The translations under genes were made by a program, and so were the position numbers. DNA of 64,000 nucleotides, taken from assembly GCA_965153455.1 (NCBI GenBank), contig OZ234493.1, positions 5,828,001-5,892,000 on the forward strand. The letters are read 5' to 3'. The notes beneath the pieces are model-generated. The model saw nothing but the letters and a program-made list of their open reading frames with translations, ran no database searches and was not told the DNA's origin. Shown here one piece after another: positions 1 to 16,640 of this stretch. The first letter of the stretch is position 1; the number at the start of each line of letters is the position of its first letter. Source of the DNA: Sphagnum compactum. Its lineage: Eukaryota.

Positions 1-739
1 TCTCTCCTAACTACCCCTCACCAGCTTAATTAACTTCCAAGAACAATCCAACGGCTCTAGACAAAAGATTTGTAGCATCACCAGAGGGCCACCAGACTCA
101 GTGGTCCATTTTGCATTTTCTACTCTCCTCTCCTTCATCATTGCATCACACACTTTGAAGCTCTGCTGCAAGTGAGCTTTTCTAAGAGGAGCTTCAGATT
201 CCACAAGCACTTCCCAAACCATCATCATCATCTCCTTCCATCAATTCAAGATCTTGATTAGTGTGAGAACCTTTTTGCCAGGAGTGCTTGTGAATTTCAA
301 GTGATCCCCTGAGTATTTTTCTTGTTTTCAGCTGTCGTAGTTAAAGTTTTTCTTAGATCTTCCAAAAGTATAAACTGAAGCTCAACAATCCATGAGTTTT
401 CAAATCATGATCTTTCAATCTCTAATTGTGTCTGTGATTGATTGAGTTCTTGTAGGTTTCGGGAATTGTTGGAAAGCTGATGTTGCTTACTGCTAAGGTG
501 GGGAATTTTGTTAGTCATGTGTTTTTTTGTTAGTGTTTTTTGAGAAGAGTTTGCTCGTTTTCAGTGTCAAGTAGAGTTGTCATGAATGTGATTTCATCAT
601 CGTTCTTCTGTGGAATTTGACAGTCGAAGTTTTTCAGCCACGTGAACTTGTCGCAGGCTTGATTGATTTAGTTTGTGAGGATTTGTACTCTAACTATTTC
701 TTGAAGAAGATTTTGTGTTAAGACCTCACTTGCCACAAG

Positions 740-2872
<2,133 letters not shown>

Positions 2873-3125
2873 AATCCATCACTCAAGTGCTTCAACAAAC
2901 ACACATACATACATGACAAACAAGGCCTAAACAAACTTACTTGAACATCTACATACTTGAACTATGATCAATATGGGGGTCCTCAAGCTACTCTAATCAA
3001 TTTTTGGTAGCTTGTCAAAATCCACAACATCCAAAATGCATCAAAATATAACTTAGAAAATTGTGTTTAGGTATGGGATCCTAGGACATTCTTCTTACTT
3101 AGGTGAAATAACAATCTTTGGATTG

Positions 3126-3295
3126 ACCTTCATGATTCCAATCTACAACAACCAAGCAAAAACAAGCATGGTGATCCAAGACCTTCATTATCTCCATCTA
3201 TAACAAGCAAAGAAAACAAAAAGTGGTGATCCTAAACCTTCATGATCTTCATCTATAGCAAGCAAACTAGCAAGCAACAAAAGTGGTGATCGACC
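3126..3295. repeat. Degenerate ~55-bp tandem repeat, about 3 copies
   Basis: The unit accttcatgatcttcatcta...caagcaaa...aaagtggtgatc recurs near 3126, 3181 and 3236. Confidence 0.7.
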
Positions 3296-6200
3296 GAAAG
3301 ATTCACAAGTAGATTCCTAGTTAGTTTCTAGTCCAAAATGAGTTGAGTAGAAACTACTACAAAAACTTTTGAGAGCAAACCACAAAGAATTTTCTCATTC
3401 TATCGGTCTTAGCAATACACATTATTTGTTGCAAATTTCAATTACAAACTGCAATATCAATCTCAAGTCTTTTCATGATTTTCAACCATGTTTTTTCATA
3501 TATCATCTCACAAATTCAACTGGGGCTCACAAAGTTGATTCACAAAACCATTCACATAATATATCATCAAATAGGAAAAAGAAGACAAAAAGGAAACAAA
3601 AAAACATAGAAAAACCTAAAATATGAATAATGATATACATGGAAAAACATGGAAAAATATAACTTTGAACCAATATAAGATTTCTTGAAAATTAAATAAA
3701 CAACATATTCTAGTGAAGTGCCCTTGTAGTATTGGCCAATATCAAGGTTGCTATCCACAAATGTCAAGACCATAGCTAATTTAAAGACAATGACATGATA
3801 ATTGCCAAGATTGGATCTATCCTTAAAAAAGAAGAACAATTTGTGAATTTTGCCAACTTGCAAGATTGAGTGTTTTTTTGGCCATTAGGCCTAATATATT
3901 ATTATATTATGAGAGTGGACACATATTAACTCATGCAAGAGGATAACACAATTTGGTCCATTATTTCTCAAATTAAAGCTCACATTAGATTCACGAGAGT
4001 GATCCTCATTGTAGTTGTGTTACATCTAACACAACTTATGAGTAGTATTTTGAACCCATAATCACTTCACACGGTGGCTATGAATCCTTAAATATTCCTT
4101 TGATATAAGAACATTAGTGACTCATGAGGTTCATTATAAATTTTTGGAAATGAATAGTTCATTTTGTGACAAAGTACTATTTCATTCTTTTGATAAAGAC
4201 TTTGCAACCCCTATAAGACACCCACAAAAAATCTAGCAAACACATAAATGACAAAAAGTTATTGAGGTCCAATGACAATGAATTGAAAGACATTAGAACT
4301 GCCCCTAGTGAACTCATAAGAAGGATGACCATTGATGGGTGATAGGTCATCATTTTAATGGTTTAGATGTTTGAAGAATGGTGACGGATATAAAATAAAT
4401 GAAGAAACAAATGGACACGTGGTGGCAAAAAATGAATACAATAACATTTTTTTTTCTATTCACTTGGCTATAAATGTGTAGCATGTAGATGTAATGTGGC
4501 AACATTTGTGATTCCACACCCTATTGTTTAAAAGGCAATTTCATAGGGGGTAATTTTATTTTACTTTAGACTACATTTTATTAGTAAAAAAAATGTTGAT
4601 TACGTATCAACATATTATTTGAAAGCTCCAAATATGGTTGCAAAAAATGTGATAAATCAATGTGAATTTTTAAACAACGAGGGAACATTGTTGGCAATTT
4701 ACAATAATTCATCCAATGGTATAGTGAAAGAAACAAATGGAACAACATAACATAATGTGGGAGCATATGTTAAACTAACTTATTTCAACATAAAAATTTG
4801 GAAAACCCTCCACAATAAAAATTAGTTTTCATTCCCCAACCTCTTAGATGTTTTTGCAAGCCCCAAAAGTTTCAAAGTTTTCACAATTATCAAAGAGGCT
4901 ATTTAAAGCAATGAAATTCAAGTGCATATGTTGAACCTCCAATCTCACATGCATGACCAATTGGACCCATGATTGCCACTTTTGTAGTTTACATATTGTT
5001 GTGTACATTTGCGCTCATGACAACAAATGTTTTATCAATACAAAGTATTTATCAATGATAAATTTCTGGAAAAATATTGAAATGGGTTTAGTATATTTTT
5101 GTTAGGTTTTTAAAAAAATTAAAATACCCTCAAAACAACCTCCTAGTTTTGGTCATTAAAAAAACATTCATACTTGTAACTCCACATTTTTAAAAAGCAA
5201 AGAGGAAATTTTGAAAGGTAAATTTTAAAACACATGACCATAACCAAAGTTGAAGGTTTCAAAGAAGAAGAATTCAAAGAAAAACTCAAAACATAAATAT
5301 TCAAACCCCAAATTGGTCAACTTGGAGGTATTGGCACATTCAATTTATTTTTGGGCCATATATAGGACATATAAAATTTTGGTTAATCATTTAACAACAA
5401 AATCTAAGTAACTTATGATTTGAAATATATGTCCTTATGGGAATGTATGTGATTATTTTATCATTTCAAAAACATTATGGGTTGTGATGGCTTAATTACA
5501 AGTTGTTCAACATAGGATTTCAATGAGGGAATGTGTTATATGAACTTTCATCCAAAGGATGACCATATTGTGATGAATACAATATTTTCAACAATTAGAT
5601 TAAAACATTCAAATGTGGTGTAAACAAAAATCGTTCATGTTACAAATTGGAATCCATGTGGGTGCAAATGAGATCACATGAGCCAACGGTGTTACTTTAG
5701 AAAAAGATTACTTTGCCCAAAAAAATATTTTCATACAAATGAATTTTTGAATAATTTTTTTCGCAAATTGTTATAATAAATGCTTATAATTGTCCAAGTA
5801 CATGATTTTTTTGGTTTATAGTTTGTGAATAAATATGAAATTTTAAAAGTGTGTTGACTCCTTGTAAATTTAGTGTTTCATTTTTAGAAATGATAACAAT
5901 TTCAAATCATATCCAAAAATTGATTTTTAAAATTTTTATATTTTCTTGTATAATAAAATACGACTTCTTTTAACACATCATGTACATTATACCCCATTGT
6001 TATGTGGTAAAGGATTTTTGAAGTTTTAAAATTTTGGATCAATTTTGGAATTCTTTGAATTTTTAAAGTTTTAAAATTTCACATATTTTAGGGTAAGAAT
6101 GGTTTTTGAATTGGGCTAATAGGTCTTTATTTTTAAATTTTTTCCCATCAAATTTGTTTTATTATATGAGTCCTTTGAAGAGTCCTTTGCAAAATTGATT

Positions 6201-9200
6201 TTTTATGATGCAATAGATGTTCATTTTCAAAGGTCCTAAATCAAAATTTAAGTTTAAAATTTTATCAAATGAATTTTTGGTTTGAATTCCTTGACATTCA
6301 TATGATTGAGAAAAGAACAACTTGCCATGATTGCCATGGTTTTAGATGTTAAAACAAGATAAATATTTCTTCCATTTTGATTGTTTTTCTTTGTCATCCA
6401 ATGCCTTTTCTGGCTCATTTGATTGTGACTACACCCGTGTCGACAATTTAAATAAAAATTGTGTAAAATGTGCATAAGCTACAATTTTTTTTATGAATAG
6501 CTAGTTTTGGGTCACTTGAAAGTGTGGCCATGTTTTGTTTTAGAATAAACATCTCACACATATAATTCTTATTGAAGGTAGATTATCAGCTTGCTTGATG
6601 AAATTTCAGGTCGCAAGACTCAATCATTTTGACACTAGATGCAAAGCCCTTTTGTGGCTCATCCTTTAAGGGGAAAAAATGATTGATTAAAACCATCACA
6701 TAAAAAATATATAGAACATTTGAATGGTTTGAGGTGGGACCAAAATATGTAAGTAGTTCAAAAATTAGTGTTGACAATATATAGATCAAACATTTTATCG
6801 ACCTTAATGTAAATGAAAGGTTTAGTTAATACATGTTTTATATGTCAAAAAAATTGCAAGTGTTTTTTTTTTTGCACTCTTAGAATGGATTATAGTTTTC
6901 CCAAGTGAAATGGTCTTTAAATTTTATGAGAAGGGACCCATGCATATGATTCTAACTTAAAATTAAAAACCTATATTCCGCATGAAATGAGGGGACTTTT
7001 TATGTGCATGAACTTAATGTCATAGTACATAATTTTTTTCTAAATGGACTCACCATAATTATAAACAAAATAAAGCATCTTTTAAAATTGATAAATGTTA
7101 TTAGTGATTCAAGATAAGGGTATCCAAACATTTCAACATAGTTTGAATGTTTTAAAAAGTTTTAGAAGCACTAAAGTAAAGAAAAATAACAAAGTTTTTT
7201 TATAAAATGATATTTGTGAAATTCTTTTACATTTGTTAACCTACATTGTATCATGGGATCCATTAAGTGACTGTTAGTTGTTTTTGGAATATAAGGTCAA
7301 GTTCAAGCATTTAAACAATTTGGATTTTTGGGCATTATCGAAACACATTTTAATAAAATATTAAATTAAGAATTTCAAATTTGCCAAAAGTGAGTGACTT
7401 TAACTTGCAAATGCAATTTATAAGATAAGGGTCAAATTTACATGCATTCACAATTTACATGTTTTGTGTCACATTGCATTGTATAACAATTTCAACTACC
7501 CAAAAGAGAATGAAAGTGTCCACCTCTTAGACCAATCAATTATGAGTTGTCAAAAAAAAAAAGACATTAAAGTGGAACAATGAATTAGAAGTGGACAATG
7601 GCATTGGCCTTAATGTTGTTATTGCACAAGTGTTTCATCAAATTGTTGTTGTCATACCCCAATTATCATAAACACATTACCTATTCTTGCTTTTACCCTT
7701 TTAAGAAAGAAGGTTTGTGATGCAATGGTTAAAAACTATCTATCCAAACATAAGGTTTCAAGTTTAATTATGTTTTCCAATAATCATCTTTTTCGTTAAA
7801 TGATTTGTTTGGATGAACTTTTCCTTTGATCTTCATTTGGGGGAGCCATTTCTTGAATGCTTTCAATGTGCAACTTGGCTCACTTCATTAGTCAAGTTGC
7901 TAAGGGAAGAAAAAAAGGGACTTAATTTCTTGGAGGGAAAATAAATGCATCAATTTTCTTTAAAAAACAATAAAAATCTTTCATCCCTAATTAAAGTTTG
8001 ACGAAAGGCCATTTTTTGAAGCAATAATATGAATGCAAGTACTTTTGAATTTTCAATTCATGTCCAAGTTTGATGCATAATGGTAGATATTTGGAAAATA
8101 TTTTGTTATGAAAATTTACAATATTGTATTTATGTCCTGATCTAACATTATGTTGTGGAATTAATGCACATATGAATGATTTGATTGTCCAAAATAAATA
8201 AATATTTTGGTTTGTAACGTTTTAAAACATCATTGTAATCCATTTTATTTTGATATATTTGTGTTTGGTTTTCAAATTGGAAAAAATGTGTAGTAATAAA
8301 TCTCATCAAGACTATCACACTATTTTAAAAAAATTGGGATGCATTTGGTTTGCTTGGGTGTTACAATTGCTCAAGATGTTTTTTCCCCATGGTGGCAACT
8401 TTTTTGATAGGTGTAGAAAGGTAGACATAATTTGATTGATTTGATAATTGAAGAAAAAATCATTGGCAACAATGAAATGTTTTTTTCATAGATTCATGCT
8501 TTTGGGCCATTTTAACACTTATAAAATAGTTTGAAGATCCATTTGCAAATAATAAGTTAAGTTTATAAAATGGTAGGAGAAAGGTGTGTAGGCCTCATAT
8601 ATATACACGATCATTTTCATTGGGTTAAAATAATACATCCATTTGGTAGCTTTTATTACCCATTTGACCAACATCATTGATATTGTTGTATCCATAACCT
8701 TGGGTTCATGACAAAGGTTTGAAGAAGACAAACAAAATGGGTCTAGAGTTAAGGCATGGCATGAACCAAGGAACTCACACTCCCAAAATCAACTAAGAGT
8801 ATTGAGGTTTGAAGGAAGGCACTCCCAATACCCGGTAATTGCGCTCACACTTTCAAAGTTAAGATTCTTGAAGAATCCATGATGTGTAGTTGATGCTTGA
8901 GACATGGGTTTCTTTTTTTTCCATTTAATGGGGTAAGTGGATTGGCAATCATCCACAAGAGGACTTAGCGAAATTTGGCTATAGGTCATAGAAAAAAGTA
9001 TAACTTCTTTGGTATATTCACTTCCTCTTTTTTTTGTTGCAAAGTGATGAAATTTTGCCCCCAAAAAATATATATGCTGGTTTGAAGGTTAAAACATTTT
9101 GGCATTGTAATTGAGTTGTCAAATTGATCCATGAACATAATTTCATCCAAAATCAAGTTTCATGAAAAAATTGTTATATGTGCCTCACTTTGTCACAATA

Positions 9201-12200
9201 TGCTAACCCTAGGAAGGGGCAAAAGTTGTCAATGTATATTACTGAATGATTTGACTACATGTGGCTCCACTTGTGTGGAGTGGAGCCACTATTGGAGTTT
9301 ACATGAAAGAGGTTGTTGGAGTTGAGGCAAAGATTTTTAAAGATGGAAGTTGTGGGTATATGTGAGGGATAGTGGATTTGGTTATTGACTTTTGGAACAC
9401 CTAGAAAAATGTGCATATGTGCACACCAATCAATTACAAGTGGGCAAGAAGATAGTGTAAGATTTATTATTGTAGCTTATGAACATGAAGGACATGAGCT
9501 TGACTTAATTTGAACTTTAAAACTTTTTCAACATGCTACTTTTCAAGTCTTGGAGCAACATTGGAATTGAAGGCAAGGTAGCCTAGCTGACAATATAGTT
9601 TGTTGATGTTGTTGTATGTGAAGGTGGTTGGCAAGGTTTAGTTAGTTTGCCAACAATAACTAAACCCTAAACAAGGGGTGTGTCACACCATGGCCTTGCC
9701 ATTTACATTAAAAAGGTATATTAAGGCAAAAGATGAATTATGGAAATTCAAATATTTCACCATGCAAAAATATAAATCTTAAAAACAAAAAATCCTCTAA
9801 AAGAAACCAAAACTCTTCAAGATGTCATCACTCTATTATTATAACTAATCTCAAGTTGCAAACAAGCCAAAATATCATCTTTCAAAAATCCTCATATAAA
9901 AAATAGACCTACTACCGAGGGGCCAAAAATCCCTTAAGCTATTATACTCTATAATGAATTTAAACACAATATCCTTAAGGGCCTTGGTAGGCGAGGCCAA
10001 CAAACAACAACATATTAGCCATATTTTGGATAAATCAAAACAACCGGAGCTCCAACAATGTTTGAAACCTTCCAAACTCATGCATGACGCTACCCCATAA
10101 GAGCAAATTCAAAATCTAAGTTTCCCTAGGATAAAAAAGTATGCTCCAAAATAGGTACCCATAGTTCATTTTCCAGCCCGACTTTTTGGTCTATGATCTA
10201 ACCCCTGTTTCATCCCCAATTTGAGTACTGGGGGTGGAATTCCCCTGGGAACCAATTTAAAACTAATTTGGTCCCTTGTCCCCCGGCGCCCCCAAAATTT
10301 CATCATGACTTGCCATTTCATCCCCAGTTTGGATTTTTGATATCACAAGATTGAAAAAGAATCCCTAATGAGCATCCTATTTATTAGCTATTAGTGATTA
10401 TTCTGGTATGTGAAATCATTTGCGACACGAACATCAAAAACACCATTTCTAATCAAGAAATGCACAATATTATGTTAAACCACTTTATTAATTTTCCATA
10501 ACATATTTTTTCTCATGTCACAAAAACCAAAACTAAAATTGGAATATTACACATTATTCAATATACTTCAGAAATGCAAAAAAGAGAGGTTTGTTAGATG
10601 TAAAATCTTATGTTTATGAACTCCACAATTAATCACAAACTTTGCATTGTGAAAACAAAAAAAGAAAAGAAAAACCTTGGATGAATAGAAGTTTGGTATG
10701 TGAGAAATATTGCTCCCTTTGATGTCAGTTTTGCTTTAGGTGATTTTGAATGCCAAATCGACCTTTGACATGCATTCACACATGTCGAAAATACATTTTT
10801 TGTCCTTGGGTTTGAGGTTTAGAACTTTCTTTTGAAAATTCCCATACTTACTATTGACAAATCGACACTTCTTTGTCAATTATTTATTTATTTATTTCAA
10901 AAAATGAGATTCAACAATTTCAAACTGAATTTTCTAGAATTTCAATAGTTGAGAGGAATAAGTATGGAAAAAAACAAGTTGTATTGTGTGTTTGTAATAG
11001 TAACCCAATTGTCAAAACAATATATAGTATTTCACAAGTTGAGAGTTTGATCCTCAACAAATTTGACAAATATCAATAATTTTATTTATTTATTCACCCT
11101 AGACCTTTCACAAATCATTTTGTGCCAAACATCAATTGTAGAGGGTTGGTACCCTAGATTATGCAAATTCCCCAAAGGATTTAGGGTTTTAGCAATGCAT
11201 AATAACTTTGGGTGCTGGAAAGAGGGTTTTGGGTGTCTTATTAGAAAGCTAGGCAATGAGGGCAGTCGCCAATTCTGTAAACCTAATTGGCAGGCCTTCC
11301 TGATTCTGTACCAAGTCTTAAGGTTTTACGCCGATTCCGGCTCTTAGGGTTTAGGCCAATTCCAAGCTTGACCTTGATTTCACCCAAAAACAACAATTCC
11401 AGGTTTTCCCAACCCTGCCCACTTTCTGTAGTACATGCCTGGCGGCATTATTATCCTAAATATTGTGGAATTTATTTATAAAAATTTGAAGTTTATTTAT
11501 TTTAAAAATTAAAATTAATTAATTATGCCTTATATGTATAGGGTTTGTCAATTACTTGTCAAGTAATTAATATATATTGAGGATTTAATTTCAGTACATG
11601 GATTTTTGAATTCTGGAGTTTTCGACATTTAAGAAATATGCAATATTATTAGTAAGTTTGGGCTGTCAATTTTTTTTAAAAAAAAAAATATTAATTAAAA
11701 AAAAATCATGCTGAAGCTGCTGGATTTTTGAATTCTTGGGTTTTCCATAGGTGGAATTGTGTTGTTTTTGGGGACAAGTTTTTTTGTGTCCTGACAACCA
11801 AAAAAAAAAGTGGAGGTGTGAATAATACAAAAGGACTTTTCTTTGGAAAAAAATGGGTGCCCAAATTGTCACATTACGAGGGAATTGTTGTTTTTTTTTT
11901 TTTTCCTGAAGTTGCCATCTTTAGACAATAGTTTCCAACATGTTGCCAAAATATAGTTGGAGTCGTAATTTTTTCTACTTTTCTCTCTGACCTGTAGCCA
12001 AATTTTGGCTAAGTCCTTGTGTGGGTTATTGCCAACTCACCTACCTCACAAATTTGGAAAAAAGAGGAAAATAGTAAAAATGGGCCACTGAAATGAAAGA
12101 TAAAAAATATTTTAATTAATGCCGGCTTACTGCATTTTATGAATCTCAGCTTATGCTTGATGTTAAGCTATGTACTATGCATCAACATAGTAAGCATATA

Positions 12201-14351
12201 CATTAGTTACATACTTAACTACTCATTTACATAGGTCAAGGGTATACATATACCCTTCCCTTACCCATCAATTTCTAGGTTCCAAAAGGAGAGAATGTCC
12301 CAAGTTCCAACCGGGGTAATTAATTTTTTTGGGGGTGATATTCAAAATATGGCAGAATTAGTCAAATTAGCACTAAAAAAAAAAAACTCCAAAAGTTTCC
12401 ACAATTTTTTTGTTGAAAAAGAAAAACGTTGGTTCTAAAACTGATTGACAGCTACGAATAATTCAAGGGAAATTATAACTTTTTTATATGTCTAGGGGAA
12501 ACCAATAATTAATTGTCTAGAACTCAAGAGAGCTCGTAATTGAAATTTAAAATTTAAAATTAACTGCTACTAGAGAACATAAATTATATTGACATCTTGC
12601 ATCATATTTTGACCTTCTCAATTTGAGTACTACCCCACTTACATAGAGTGCATCCCATGCCAGATTTTCCTCCAATTTGACCATTCTCTCTCAGAGTTGA
12701 GAACTTGTAACTGGTCAGATTGCAAAAATTATATCCAATGATACTTAAATTTGAGGCAAGTCAAATACAAAAAAGCATACATACAAACGTAAAGAAGACG
12801 TTTGACAAGAGCTCGGTTTTTGCATGCACATAACAACCGCTGATTATCTTGGATATGATTTTGTTATGACGCCCAGTAAATTATCAGAGTTGTACCATTC
12901 ACAATTATACTCTGTGTTGATGCTCTTTGTCATTTCATTGAGGAAAACCCATTGGTTCTTCAAGGATTTCCCCCAAAAACCCAAATTCTGTAGGCATTAG
13001 AGTTATCCATAAAGTCACCCTTTCTTCACCCTGTCTTTGGGCCTGCTTTCAGCCCCTATCCCCTCTTTCGGCGGTATCTGCAAAGTAAGGAAATTTTAGT
13101 AGATGAAATGCTGAAACTCAGCATTTAATGCACAAGGTTTGAGAGTAATTATAGTAGTTGTACAGGTAGGAGGAGTGTCACAAATATATGTAGCAGCAGT
13201 GGAGGCGCTCAGAGAAAAGGGATGAAACTCAGTTTACCACCAAAATTGATGGAAAAGCTAGTTTGGGTCCCAGTTATTTAGTTTTGTACAATGTTCATTT
13301 CCAGTTTACACATTTGATTGGCCTATTATGCCGAAATTAGCTGTTCTCGTCCCCCTAATCGCGTGACTTTACCGATAACTCTATGTTATTCTGAATTTTG
13401 TGGAAAACCCTTGATTCAACAGTTACTTTTGTTTTTGAATATTAATTTTTTTTGGAAAACCTGGAAATGATGGGGGGTTCCTTGATTTTGAAAATTCTGA
13501 AAAACCCAGAACTGGATGGTAATTGAAAAAAAGAAAGAACCGCCCAACAATGTTTAAGACTCACTCACTCTCATGCAGAGTTGGTTGGGTTGGGACGGAA
13601 TTAGAAACACTTTCTTCTGCATTCCCTTTCAGTAGAAGAAGATCGCATCATGACTCTTTGTCAAGTTTGCACATTCAAGAAGAAGATGCTTCCAGCATTC
13701 ATCAGTCCTGCCAAGGACATGAATGAAGTGAGAAAAATCCAAATGAAAACAGTTCCGAGTGCGCAATTCTTTTTTTGAAAAGAATGGACCTTTTGTCCAT
13801 CCCCCCCCCCCCCCCCCAATCAATTCCCGGTTGATGACACATCCCATCCGATCTCTCTAGAACACGAGGACAGACACTGCATCAACATACGTCCATATAC
13901 ACACTAACTAATTCATAGCTTGAATTCATATTCTGTCGTTAATTTTTTTTCTTTTTTTGAAAAAAGAAAAAATCATTTACAAGGTACAGAATTTTTATTT
14001 ATTTATTTATCTATTTTTGAGGAGGTTGTTGTCACATTTGTCCCTGCGGTCTACAGTTTAAAAAATTCCTTGAAATAAAGTTGTCACTTATGTAAAAATC
14101 TGGCTAGCGATGCTTGTCACCCTGGCTCCATTGGGAAATTAAATTAAAAATAAAGTTATTAATTTAACCCCCAAATTGTTTTTAAAAAAACGCTCGGTAG
14201 AAGTCATGACCAGCAGCAATATAATGGTCTCTAAATAGGCAATTTGGGTGAAAGGACACTTAAGATCCAAAACTTGAATTAAAAAAAAGGGTACACATGC
14301 ATACAATGGGGAACCAAATTGAATTTTGCAATAAATTTGATGAGAAAACTA

Positions 14352-14858
14352 CCGTAGTGGCATACCCTGTTCGCGACCTCAGGTCGCGAATAATTATTTC
14401 CGGTCGTTTTTTCCTTTCCCAGTGGACAAATTCCGATTTTCAAGATTTACGCACAGCCCTTGGTTAAGGGTTTTGAAGGTTTTTGCAGGGTTTGCCTATA
14501 GGATCCTGGCCGTTGGTTGACAGGGCACTCAAGACATCTTAACCGTTCAATTTAGGATTCTGTCGTCAATTTTTTCTGTGATCCGTGCCACTGCCAGAGT
14601 CACTGGACCTTTGTTGGTACGAAGGAGTGTTCTGTTTATTCAATTTGTGGCATACCCTTTTCGCACTAAATTAATTATTTTCAGGCCACTGTGAAAAAAT
14701 AATACAAATCCGTCCTGCGATGCGAAAATGCGAAATAGTTAATTTAGTGCTTGACCAAGGGGCTGCTGGCATTTTCGCACCGCAGGACGGATTTGTATTA
14801 TTTTTTCACAGTGGCCTGAAAATAATTAATTTAGTGCGAACAGGGTATGCCACTACGT
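14352..14858. mobile_element. Non-autonomous TIR element (MITE), Tc1/mariner-pogo (Tc2-like) type
   Basis: TA|CCGTAGTGGCATACCCTGTTCGC at the left end and GCGAACAGGGTATGCCACTACGT|TA at the right end (one terminal mismatch). TA dinucleotides at 14350-14351 and 14859-14860. No ORF. Confidence 0.8.
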
Positions 14859-14924
14859 TAGTTTAGTCATGTGTTTTTTAAATTTCCCTGAATTATTCAA
14901 GTCCTAACTAAAAAAACAAAGGAG

Positions 14925-16640
14925 TGTTTGTTTACTGTTTACAATTTTAAGTCCGTTTGGGACCAGAGAGTCCATTAGACAAAAGGTAGATCATGGAGGA
15001 CAGATTGTCCTTTGGTAATGGCAGCATGCCACAAACTTGGCTAGGGCGACCGTGTTTGTAGTCTGCATGAGCTTAGCAAGAGTGCTAGTGTGGGTGAGGG
15101 GTAGGCCAGAACAAAAACGTTCCCTAACTTTCTGTGTATTTGGACAAACAAGAAGCAAGTGTTCTTCATCCTCAACCTTCCCCAAATCGCAGCCTCGACA
15201 AAGCTTCTCTACGTATGGCATGCTTTTCCACGCACCTAGCATTACCTCAAGCTGCGTGTTACCACATTGAAACTGGGCTAGAGCTTTCTGTAGCTGAACA
15301 CAATTGATGTCACACAAATAACTTTCGCTTTCGTACAACATACCCTTGAAGCGCAAGTATCTTGTCTGCACGCTGGTCCTGATCTCGCGGTTGGTAAAGA
15401 GATTTTCAATGTAAGCCAACCGCATATTATTCTTCACCTTTTTTACATTCAATATTGTGTGAAGAAAACCTGGAAGGGGTGGGGCTCTAGCCTCCTGGTT
15501 GATCGGGCCTCATGTCGTAGATCTAGCACCAACCAGCTGCACTAGTTGTAGCGTGGCTAGCTTAGCCATTTGAACTCCCACCCATACGTTGTGCGCATTG
15601 CACCAAAGTACTTGGCTTTCTACCTAACCTCTCACCCCTGGTAGACGGGTCAGATGTATGTGCGTTGTTGCAGGAGCCGTTTTCAGCGGTGGTTGAACAA
15701 TCCTCGCTTAGAGCACACGGGTCATTGCAGGCTTAGGTGTTGTTTCCAACGACGGTTGAATTGGAGGCAGAAAACCTGCCACCACCTAGGGCTGATTCTT
15801 GAGTAGCCATTTTTTCACGAATCTAGCCCAACAGTTTTTCTCGCAACAAGCATAGCGAGCTGGGCTTCCCATGCCTTTCCCAAGATGCGGTCTTTAATGA
15901 CCATGCTCACACAGTTATAATACAACAACGCTTGTCCCCATGCAAAGTGTTCAGAGGGGAATTTGCCAAATTCTGCCAGCACGATGGACGTGCTAATTGT
16001 TTTTCGCACCCCAAGCAAGGACTTGAGGAACCCTCGATACATTACTTTAATTTCTTGGGAGTCCACCCAAACTTCACAGGCATAGCTTGTTGTGGAATGC
16101 ACCAACGTGTTGAAAAGGTCACAGCGTAACTGGACGTCCATAATACGTAGCTTCGCACAACGGCGGTTCAATTCGAACAGCAAGTGCCTACTGGCAGCTG
16201 CTAAATGTTCCACTGCACCTGTCCAGGTTCGGGGTGGTCTCGAACAGGATCCCAGGTATTTGAAGGTCTGCACACGCTCAATAACATCACCTTTAAACAC
16301 AAACTCTTGGCATGGGTCAGCAGAGTTGAACACCGTGACTTTTTTTTTTCACGTTCACTGTAAATCCACGTTCAGCACAGAACTGTTGGAGTGTGTCTAA
16401 TTGTTGCTGCAGTCCCACCTTTGACTCCGACATCAGAGCAAGGTCATCTGCAAAAAGCAACAGCTATACGTGCATGTTTGCTAGGGTTAGTGTATCGCAT
16501 TTTCTGTCGTCCAAGCGCCCCTCTAAGGCATCCAAACAGTAGGGGGCTGAGAGGGCAACCTTGCTTCATACCTTGTTGGCACGTGAAGCTGGAGGTGACA
16601 CCCTTGCTTGGGTGGTTGATGCATACGATATCCTTGGTAT
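14925..16640 (-). mobile_element. 5'-truncated, decayed non-LTR retrotransposon (LINE, RTE/RTEX-like) ORF2 remnant
   Basis: Minus-strand RT motifs QGMKQGCPLSPLLFG (~16575-16531), LLFADDL (~16460-16440), VQTFKYLG and YACEVW. C-terminal CCHC-type motif CRGC..EDEEHLLLVCP, stop at 14991, short 3' UTR ending in an aaac-rich tail. Frameshifts and stops are present. The clade assignment is inferred. Confidence 0.88.
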
